Below, in pieces: positions 49,001-61,000 of a stretch of 64,000 nt of DNA. The translations under genes were made by a program, and so were the position numbers. The first letter of the stretch is position 1. Every line of letters begins with the position of its first letter. Source of the stretch: Yuukianura sp. NJ FZ-2021 (taxonomy: Eukaryota); contig JAJCTO010000013.1 in NCBI GenBank assembly GCA_046563655.1, positions 1-64,000 on the forward strand, in the 5' to 3' direction. The notes under the pieces were generated by a model. The model worked only from the letters and a program-made list of their open reading frames with translations, ran no database searches and had not been told where the DNA came from.

Positions 49001-52000
49001 ATAACCATCTTCATGATACGCATCTAATACCGGTCCACTTTGTCGTAGTGCATCAACGACTATTACACACAGTGAACCACTTGTTATCAGCCTTCATCTT
49101 TGAGCAAAAAGGAGAAGTGCCGGTGAAATGACAAGCTCGCCCTCACTTCAGATACCAACCAGTACTCATTTTGACACTATGAATCGCAATGACTCAGACG
49201 GCAATGGAACTTCAGGGGAAACCCCATTATTACATTTTCTAAATCAAAATCGAACATTCAGCATTGTTTGTTATCTTGATTAAATTTTTTAGGAAATACT
49301 TTTTTTGTGTCATACTACCAACTTGCACTTCCAATAAAGCACACCTGAATAACTGGTGTTCAACAATAATATGGAATTATATTTTAGCCCAACTCCACTA
49401 TGCAACAAGTGCATAAATCTAACTGTCATTTTGGTATAAACTAATGTGCGAACTATACAACGAAGTTTTAAACATACTGAAAAATGGAATCTATGCCTTG
49501 TTATCGCTTATAACCATCTTCATGATACGCATCTAATACCGGTCCACTTTGTCGTAGTGCATCAACGACTATTACACACAGTGAACCACTTGTTATCAGC
49601 CTTCATCTTTGAGCAAAAAGGAGAAGTGCCGGTGAAATGACAAGCTCGCCCTCACTTCAGATACCAACCAGTACTCATTTTGACACTATGAATCGCAATG
49701 ACTCAGACGGCAATGGAACTTCAGGGGAAACCCCATTATTACATTTTCTAAATCAAAATCGAACATTCAGCATTGTTTGTTATCTTGATTAAATTTTTTA
49801 GGAAATACTTTTTTTGTGTCATACTACCAACTTGCACTTCCAATAAAGCACACCTGAATAACTGGTGTTCAACAATAATATGGAATTATATTTTAGCCCA
49901 ACTCCACTATGCAACAAGTGCATAAATCTAACTGTCATTTTGGTATAAACTAATGTGCGAACTATACAACGAAGTTTTAAACATACTGAAAAATGGAATC
50001 TATGCCTTGTTATCGCTTATAACCATCTTCATGATACGCATCTAATACCGGTCCACTTTGTCGTAGTGCATCAACGACTATTACACACAGTGAACCACTT
50101 GTTATCAGCCTTCATCTTTGAGCAAAAAGGAGAAGTGCCGGTGAAATGACAAGCTCGCCCTCACTTCAGATACCAACCAGTACTCATTTTGACACTATGA
50201 ATCGCAATGACTCAGACGGCAATGGAACTTCAGGGGAAACCCCATTATTACATTTTCTAAATCAAAATCGAACATTCAGCATTGTTTGTTATCTTGATTA
50301 AATTTTTTAGGAAATACTTTTTTTGTGTCATACTACCAACTTGCACTTCCAATAAAGCACACCTGAATAACTGGTGTTCAACAATAATATGGAATTATAT
50401 TTTAGCCCAACTCCACTATGCAACAAGTGCATAAATCTAACTGTCATTTTGGTATAAACTAATGTGCGAACTATACAACGAAGTTTTAAACATACTGAAA
50501 AATGGAATCTATGCCTTGTTATCGCTTATAACCATCTTCATGATACGCATCTAATACCGGTCCACTTTGTCGTAGTGCATCAACGACTATTACACACAGT
50601 GAACCACTTGTTATCAGCCTTCATCTTTGAGCAAAAAGGAGAAATGCCGGTGAAATGACAAGCTCGCCCTCACTTCAGATACCAACCAGTACTCATTTTG
50701 ACACTATGAATCGCAATGACTCAGACGGCAATGGAACTTCAGGGGAAACCCCATTATTACATTTTCTAAATCAAAATCGAACATTCAGCATTGTTTGTTA
50801 TCTTGATTAAATTTTTTAGGAAATACTTTTTTTGTGTCATACTACCAACTTGCACTTCCAATAAAGCACACCTGAATAACTGGTGTTCAACAATAATATG
50901 GAATTATATTTTAGCCCAACTCCACTATGCAACAAGTGCATAAATCTAACTGTCATTTTGGTATAAACTAATGTGCGAACTATACAACGAAGTTTTAAAC
51001 ATACTGAAAAATGGAATCTATGCCTTGTTATCGCTTATAACCATCTTCATGATACGCATCTAATACCGGTCCACTTTGTCGTAGTGCATCAACGACTATT
51101 ACACACAGTGAACCACTTGTTATCAGCCTTCATCTTTGAGCAAAAAGGAGAAGTGCCGGTGAAATGACAAGCTCGCCCTCACTTCAGATACCAACCAGTA
51201 CTCATTTTGACACTATGAATCGCAATGACTCAGACGGCAATGGAACTTCAGGGGAAACCCCATTATTACATTTTCTAAATCAAAATCGAACATTCAGCAT
51301 TGTTTGTTATCTTGATTAAATTTTTTAGGAAATACTTTTTTTGTGTCATACTACCAACTTGCACTTCCAATAAAGCACACCTGAATAACTGGTGTTCAAC
51401 AATAATATGGAATTATATTTTAGCCCAACTCCACTATGCAACAAGTGCATAAATCTAACTGTCATTTTGGTATAAACTAATGTGCGAACTATACAACGAA
51501 GTTTTAAACATACTGAAAAATGGAATCTATGCCTTGTTATCGCTTATAACCATCTTCATGATACGCATCTAATACCGGTCCACTTTGTCGTAGTGCATCA
51601 ACGACTATTACACACAGTGAACCACTTGTTATCAGCCTTCATCTTTGAGCAAAAAGGAGAAGTGCCGGTGAAATGACAAGCTCGCCCTCACTTCAGATAC
51701 CAACCAGTACTCATTTTGACACTATGAATCGCAATGACTCAGACGGCAATGGAACTTCAGGGGAAACCCCATTATTACATTTTCTAAATCAAAATCGAAC
51801 ATTCAGCATTGTTTGTTATCTTGATTAAATTTTTTAGGAAATACTTTTTTTGTGTCATACTACCAACTTGCACTTCCAATAAAGCACACCTGAATAACTG
51901 GTGTTCAACAATAATATGGAATTATATTTTAGCCCAACTCCACTATGCAACAAGTGCATAAATCTAACTGTCATTTTGGTATAAACTAATGTGCGAACTA

Positions 52001-55000
52001 TACAACGAAGTTTTAAACATACTGAAAAATGGAATCTATGCCTTGTTATCGCTTATAACCATCTTCATGATACGCATCTAATACCGGTCCACTTTGTCGT
52101 AGTGCATCAACGACTATTACACACAGTGAACCACTTGTTATCAGCCTTCATCTTTGAGCAAAAAGGAGAAGTGCCGGTGAAATGACAAGCTCGCCCTCAC
52201 TTCAGATACCAACCAGTACTCATTTTGACACTATGAATCGCAATGACTCAGACGGCAATGGAACTTCAGGGGAAACCCCATTATTACATTTTCTAAATCA
52301 AAATCGAACATTCAGCATTGTTTGTTATCTTGATTAAATTTTTTAGGAAATACTTTTTTTGTGTCATACTACCAACTTGCACTTCCAATAAAGCACACCT
52401 GAATAACTGGTGTTCAACAATAATATGGAATTATGTTTTAGCCCAACTCCACTATGCAACAAGTGCATAAATCTAACTGTCATTTTGGTATAAACTAATG
52501 TGCGAACTATACAACGAAGTTTTAAACATACTGAAAAATGGAATCTATGCCTTGTTATCGCTTATAACCATCTTCATGATACGCATCTAATACCGGTCCA
52601 CTTTGTCGTAGTGCATCAACGACTATTACACACAGTGAACCACTTGTTATCAGCCTTCATCTTTGAGCAAAAAGGAGAAGTGCCGGTGAAATGACAAGCT
52701 CGCCCTCACTTCAGATACCAACCAGTACTCATTTTGACACTATGAATCGCAATGACTCAGACGGCAATGGAACTTCAGGGGAAACCCCATTATTACATTT
52801 TCTAAATCAAAATCGAACATTCAGCATTGTTTGTTATCTTGATTAAATTTTTTAGGAAATACTTTTTTTGTGTCATACTACCAACTTGCACTTCCAATAA
52901 AGCACACCTGAATAACTGGTGTTCAACAATAATATGGAATTATATTTTAGCCCAACTCCACTATGCAACAAGTGCATAAATCTAACTGTCATTTTGGTAT
53001 AAACTAATGTGCGAACTATACAGCGAAGTTTTAAACATACTGAAAAATGGAATCTATGCCTTGTTATCGCTTATAACCATCTTCATGATACGCATCTAAT
53101 ACCGGTCCACTTTGTCGTAGTGCATCAACGACTATTACACACAGTGAACCACTTGTTATCAGCCTTCATCTTTGAGCAAAAAGGAGAAGTGCCGGTGAAA
53201 TGACAAGCTCGCCCTCACTTCAGATACCAACCAGTACTCATTTTGACACTATGAATCGCAATGACTCAGACGGCAATGGAACTTCAGGGGAAACCCCATT
53301 ATTACATTTTCTAAATCAAAATCGAACATTCAGCATTGTTTGTTATCTTGATTAAATTTTTTAGGAAATACTTTTTTTGTGTCATACTACCAACTTGCAC
53401 TTCCAATAAAGCACACCTGAATAACTGGTGTTCAACAATAATATGGAATTATGTTTTAGCCCAACTCCACTATGCAACAAGTGCATAAATCTAACTGTCA
53501 TTTTGGTATAAACTAATGTGCGAACTATACAACGAAGTTTTAAACATACTGAAAAATGGAATCTATGCCTTGTTATCGCTTATAACCATCTTCATGATAC
53601 GCATCTAATACCGGTCCACTTTGTCGTAGTGCATCAACGACTATTACACACAGTGAACCACTTGTTATCAGCCTTCATCTTTGAGCAAAAAGGAGAAGTG
53701 CCGGTGAAATGACAAGCTCGCCCTCACTTCAGATACCAACCAGTACTCATTTTGACACTATGAATCGCAATGACTCAGACGGCAATGGAACTTCAGGGAA
53801 ACCCCATTATTACATTTTCTAAATCAAAATCGAACATTCAGCATTGTTTGTTATCTTGATTAAATTTTTTAGGAAATACTTTTTTTGTGTCATACTACCA
53901 ACTTGCACTTCCAATAAAGCACACCTGAATAACTGGTGTTCAACAATAATATGGAATTATATTTTAGCCCAACTCCACTATGCAACAAGTGCATAAATCT
54001 AACTGTCATTTTGGTATAAACTAATGTGCGAACTATACAACGAAGTTTTAAACATACTGAAAAATGGAATCTATGCCTTGTTATCGCTTATAACCATCTT
54101 CATGATACGCATCTAATACCGGTCCACTTTGTCGTAGTGCATCAACGACTATTACACACAGTGAACCACTTGTTATCAGCCTTCATCTTTGAGCAAAAAG
54201 GAGAAGTGCCGGTGAAATGACAAGCTCGCCCTCACTTCAGATACCAACCAGTACTCATTTTGACACTATGAATCGCAATGACTCAGACGGCAATGGAACT
54301 TCAGGGGAAACCCCATTATTACATTTTCTAAATCAAAATCGAACATTCAGCATTGTTTGTTATCTTGATTAAATTTTTTAGGAAATACTTTTTTTGTGTC
54401 ATACTACCAACTTGCACTTCCAATAAAGCACACCTGAATAACTGGTGTTCAACAATAATATGGAATTATATTTTAGCCCAACTCCACTATGCAACAAGTG
54501 CATAAATCTAACTGTCATTTTGGTATAAACTAATGTGCGAACTATACAACGAAGTTTTAAACATACTGAAAAATGGAATCTATGCCTTGTTATCGCTTAT
54601 AACCATCTTCATGGAACGCATCTAATACCGGTCCACTTTGTCGTAGTGCATCAACGACTATTACACACAGTGAACCACTTGTTATCAGCCTTCATCTTTG
54701 AGCAAAAAGGAGAAGTGCCGGTGAAATGACAAGCTCGCCCTCACTTCAGATACCAACCAGTACTCATTTTGACACTATGAATCGCAATGACTCAGACGGC
54801 AATGGAACTTCAGGGGAAACCCCATTATTACATTTTCTAAATCAAAATCGAACATTCAGCATTGTTTGTTATCTTGATTAAATTTTTTAGGAAATACTTT
54901 TTTGCGTCATACTACCAACTTGCACTTCCAATAAAGCACACCTGAATAACTGGTGTTCAACAATAATATGGAATTATATTTTAGCCCAACTCCACTATGC

Positions 55001-55066
55001 AACAAGTGCATAAATCTAACTGTCATTTTGGTATAAACTAATGTGCGAACTATACAACGAAGTTTT
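43091..55066. repeat. Satellite A array 3: 23 full monomers plus one partial
   Basis: 509-bp periodicity with the same boundary phase. Confidence 0.98.
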
Positions 55067-55069
55067 GTC

Positions 55070-58000
55070 ATTGCATATAAAAAACTAGTGTCTTAGGCGA
55101 CACAGGGTTTTGTATTTTCAATCGTTGTTGCACATGGCTCTCCCTTCTAGTGTATACACATACAGCCAAACAATTCCACTACAGTAAATGCTTGCACACT
55201 GTCTCGAATGTGGTGATCACATTCCATCTTGCAGCCCACAGACTAGGGACTAAGAGTTGGTTAGTGTGTTCCTGTAACCTCATTGTAACCTATGCACGTC
55301 TAAGTGTCCCTGTTCACGCAGCGGATTTACCTTTGACCAAATTGCTTATTTTGTGGCTTTATGGCCAACGGTCCACACATACATCTATTTCCACTTGCTA
55401 TTGTCCACAACTGTCGACTTATGATATTTAATTGAGCAGAGCTACGAAGCCAAAAGGCTCCTAAGCACTAGTTATAATTGCATATAAAAAACTAGTGTCT
55501 TAGGCGACACAGGGTTTTGTATTTTCAATCGTTGTTGCACATGGCTCTCCCTTCTAGTGTATACACATACAGCCAAACAATTCCACTACAGTAAATGCTT
55601 GCACACTGTCTCGAATGTGCTGATCACATTCCAGCTTGCAGCCCACAGACTAGGGACTAAGAGTTGGTTAGTGTGTTAATGTAACCTCATTGTAACCTAT
55701 GCACGTCTAAGTGTCCCTGTTCACGCAGCGGATTTACCTTTGACCAAATTGCTTATTTTGTGGCTTTATGGCCAACGGTCCACACATACATCTATTTCCA
55801 CTTGCTATTGTCTACAACTGTCGACTTATGATATTTCATTGAGCAGAGCTTCGAAGCCAAAAGGCTCTTAAGCACTAGTTATAATTGCATATAAAAAACT
55901 AGTGTCTTAGGCGACACAGGGTTTTGTATTTTCAATCGTTGTTGCACGTGGCTCTCCCTTCTAGTGTATACACATACAGCCAAACAATTCCACTACAGTA
56001 AATGCTTGCACACTGTCTCGAATGTGCTGATCACATTCCCTCTTGCAGCCCACAGACATCTATTTCCACTTGCTATGGTCTACAACTGTCGACTTATGAT
56101 ATTAAATTGAACAGAGCTACGAAGCCAAAAGGCTCCTAAGCACTAGTTATAATTGCACATAAAAAACTAGTGTCTTAGGCGACACAGGGTTTTGTATTTT
56201 CAATCGTTGTTGCACGTGGCTCTTGCTTCCATTGTATACACATACAGCCAAACAATTCCACTACAGTAAATGCTTGCACACTGTCTCGAATGTGCTGATC
56301 ACATTCCATCTTGCAGCCCACAGACTAGGGACTATAAGTTGGTTAGTGTGTTCCTGCAACCTCATTGTAACCTATGCACGTCTAAGTGTCCCTGTTCACG
56401 CAGCGGATTTACCTTTGACCAAATTGCTTATTTTGTCGCTTTATGGCCAACGGTCCACACATACATCTATTTCCACTTGCTATTGTCTACAACTGTCGAC
56501 TTATGATATTTAATTGAGCAGAGCTTCGAAGCCAAAAGGCTCCTAAGCACTAGTTATAATTGCATATAAAAAACTAGTGTCTTAGGCGACACAGGGTTTT
56601 GTATTTTCAATCGTTGTTGCACATGGCTCTCCCTTCTAGTGTATACACATACAGCCAAACAATTCCACTACAGTAAATGCTTGCACACTGTCTCGAATGT
56701 GGTGATCACATTCCATCTTGCAGCCCACAGACTAGGGACTAAGAGTTGGTTAGTGTGTTCCTGTAACCTCATTGTAACCTATGCACGTCTAAGTGTCCCT
56801 GTTCACGCAGCGGATTTACCTTTGACCAAATTGCTTATTTTGTCGCTTTATGGCCAACGGTCCACACATACATCTATTTCCACTTGCTATTGTCTACAAC
56901 TGTCGACTTATGATATTTAATTGAGCAGAGCTTCGAAGCCAAAAGGCTCCTAAGCACTAGTTATAATTGCATATAAAAAACTAGTGTCTTAGGCGACACA
57001 GGGTTTTGTATTTTCAATCGTTGTTGCACGTGGCTCTTGCTTCCATTGTATACACATACAGCCAAACAATTCCACTACAGTAAATGCTTGCACACTGTCT
57101 CGAATGTGCTGATCACATTCCATCTTGCAGCCCACAGACTAGGGACTATAAGTTGGTTAGTGTGTTCCTGCAACCTCATTGTAACCTATGCACGTCTAAG
57201 TGTCCCTGTTCACGCAGCGGATTTACCTTTGACCAAATTGCTTATTTTGTCGCTTTATGGCCAACGGTCCACACATACATCTATTTCCACTTGCTATTGT
57301 CTACAACTGTCGACTTATGATATTTAATTGAGCAGAGCTTCGAAGCCAAAAGGCTCCTAAGCACTAGTTATAATTGCATATAAAAAACTAGTGTCTTAGG
57401 CGACACAGGGTTTTGTATTTTCAATCGTTGTTGCACATGGCTCTCCCTTCTAGTGTATACACATACAGCCAAACAATTCCACTACAGTAAATGCTTGCAC
57501 ACTGTCTCGAATGTGGTGATCACATTCCATCTTGCAGCCCACAGACTAGGGACTAAGAGTTGGTTAGTGTGTTCCTGTAACCTCATTGTAACCTATGCAC
57601 GTCTAAGTGTCCCTGTTCACGCAGCGGATTTACCTTTGACCAAATTGCTTATTTTGTCGCTTTATGGCCAACGGTCCACACATACATCTATTTCCACTTG
57701 CTATTGTCTACAACTGTCGACTTATGATATTTAATTGAGCAGAGCTTCGAAGCCAAAAGGCTCCTAAGCACTAGTTATAATTGCATATAAAAAACTAGTG
57801 TCTTAGGCGACACAGGGTTTTGTATTTTCAATCGTTGTTGCACATGGCTCTCCCTTCTAGTGTATACACATACAGCCAAACAATTCCACTACAGTAAATG
57901 CTTGCACACTGTCTCGAATGTGCTGATCACATTCCAGCTTGCAGCCCACAGAGTAGGGACTAAGAGTTGGTTAGTGTGTTCCTGTAACATCGTTGTAACC

Positions 58001-61000
58001 TATGCACGTCTAAGTGTCCCTGTTCACGCAGCGGATTTACCTTTGACCAAATTGCTTATTTTGTCGCTTTATGGCCAACGGTCCACACATACATCTATTT
58101 CCACTTGCTATTGTCTACAACTGTCGACATGATATTTAATTGAGCAGAGCTTCGAAGCCAAAAGGCTCCTAAGCACTAGTTATAATTGCATATAAAAAAC
58201 TAGTGTCTTAGGCGACACAGGGTTTTGTATTTTCAATCGTTGTTGCACGTGGCTCTTGCTTCCATTGTATACACATACAGCCAAACAATTCCACTACAGT
58301 AAATGCTTGCACACTGTCTCGAATGTGCTGATCACATTCCATCTTGCAGCCCACAGACTAGGGACTATAAGTTGGTTAGTGTGTTCCTGCAACCTCATTG
58401 TAACCTATGCACGTCTAAGTGTCCCTGTTCACGCAGCGGATTTACCTTTGACCAAATTGCTTATTTTGTCGCTTTATGGCCAACGGTCCACACATACATC
58501 TATTTCCACTTGCTATTGTCTACAACTGTCGACATGATATTTAATTGAGCAGAGCTTCGAAGCCAAAAGGCTCCTAAGCACTAGTTATAATTGCATATAA
58601 AAAACTAGTGTCTTAGGCGACACAGGGTTTTGTATTTTCAATCGTTGTTGCACATGGCTCTCCCTTCTAGTGTATACACATACAGCCAAACAATTCCACT
58701 ACAGTAAATGCTTGCACACTGTCTCGAATGTGGTGATCACATTCCATCTTGCAGCCCACAGACTAGGGACTAAGAGTTGGTTAGTGTGTTCCTGTAACCT
58801 CATTGTAACCTATGCACGTCTAAGTGTCCCTGTTCACGCAGCGGATTTACCTTTGACCAAATTGCTTATTTTGTCGCTTTATGGCCAACGGTCCACACAT
58901 ACATCTATTTCCACTTGCTATTGTCTACAACTGTCGACATGATATTTAATTGAGCAGAGCTTCGAAGCCAAAAGGCTCCTAAGCACTAGTTATAATTGCA
59001 TATAAAAAACTAGTGTCTTAGGCGACACAGGGTTTTGTATTTTCAATCGTTGTTGCACATGGCTCTCCCTTCTAGTGTATACACATACAGCCAAACAATT
59101 CCACTACAGTAAATGCTTGCACACTGTCTCGAATGTGCTGATCACATTCCATCTTGCAGCCCACAGATTAGGGACTAAGAGTTGGTTAGTGTGTTCCTGT
59201 AACATCGTTGTAACCTATGCACGTCTAAGTGTCCCTGTTCACGCAGCGGATTTACCTTTGACCAAATTGCTTATTTTGTCGCTTTATGGCCAACGGTCCA
59301 CACATACATCTATTTCCACTTGCTATTGTCTACAACTGTCGACTTATGATATTTAATTGAGCAGAGCTTCGAAGCCAAAAGGCTCCTAAGCACTAGTTAT
59401 AATTGCATATAAAAAACTAGTGTCTTAGGCGACACAGGGTTTTGTATTTTCAATCGTTGTTGCACATGGCTCTCCCTTCTAGTGTATACACATACAGCCA
59501 AACAATTCCACTACAGTAAATGCTTGCACACTGTCTCGAATGTGCTGATCACATTCCATCTTGCAGCCCACAGACTAGGGACTAAGAGTTGGTTAGTGTG
59601 TTCCTGTAACCTCATTGTAACCTATGCACGTCTAAGTGTCCCTGTTCACGCAGCGGATTTACCTTTGACCAAATTGCTTATTTTGTGGCTTTATGGCCAA
59701 CGGTCCACACATACATCTATTTCCACTTGCTATTGTCCACAACTGTCGACTTATGATATTTAATTGAGCAGAGCTACGAAGCCAAAAGGCTCCTAAGCAC
59801 TAGTTATAATTGCATATAAAAAACTAGTGTCTTAGGCGACACAGGGTTTTGTATTTTCAATCGTTGTTGCACATGGCTCTCCCTTCTAGTGTATACACAT
59901 ACAGCCAAACAATTCCACTACAGTAAATGCTTGCACACTGTCTCGAATGTGCTGATCACATTCCATCTTGCAGCCCACAGACTAGGGACTAAGAGTTGGT
60001 TAGTGTGTTCCTGTAACATGGTTGTAACCTATGCACGTCTAAGTGTCCCTGTTCACGCAGCGGATTTACCTTTGACCAAATTGCTTATTTTGTCGCTTTA
60101 TGGCCAACGGTCCACACATACATCTATTTCCACTTGCTATTGTCTACAACTGTCGACTTATGATATTTAATTGAGCAGAGCTTCGAAGCCAAAAGGCTCC
60201 TAAGCACTAGTTATAATTGCATATAAAAAACTAGTGTCTTAGGCGACACAGGGTTTTGTATTTTCAATCGTTGTTGCACATGGCTCTCCCTTCTAGTGTA
60301 TACACATACAGCCAAACAATTCCACTACAGTAAATGCTTGCACACTGTCTCGAATGTGCTGATCACATTCCCTCTTGCAGCCCACAGACATCTATTTCCA
60401 CTTGCTATTGTCTACATCTGTCGACTTATGATATTAAATTGAGCAGAGCTACGAAGCCAAAAGGCTCCTAAGCACTAGTTATAATTGCATATAAAAAACT
60501 AGTGTCTTAGGCGACACAGGGTTTTGTATTTTCAATCGTTGTTGCACATGGCTCTCCCTTCTAGTGTATACACATACAGCCAAACAATTCCACTACAGTA
60601 AATGCTTGCACACTGTCTCGAATGTGCTGATCACATTCCATCTTGCAGCCCACAGACTAGGGACTAAGAGTTGGTTAGTGTGTTCCTGTAACCTCATTGT
60701 AACCTATGCACGTCTAAGTGTCCCTGTTCACGCAGCGGATTTACCTTTGACCAAATTGCTTATTTTGTGGCTTTATGGCCAACGGTCCACACATACATCT
60801 ATTTCCACTTGCTATTGTCCACAACTGTCGACTTATGATATTTAATTGAGCAGAGCTACGAAGCCAAAAGGCTCCTAAGCACTAGTTATAATTGCATATA
60901 AAAAACTAGTGTCTTAGGCGACACAGGGTTTTGTATTTTCAATCGTTGTTGCACATGGCTCTCCCTTCTAGTGTATACACATACAGCCAAACAATTCCAC

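Noticed and set aside
10158..54729. Repeated 64-aa ORF (MRTIQRSFKH...) in every satellite A monomer
   Set aside because: GTG start and no recognisable domain; its identity across copies simply reflects satellite homogeneity.
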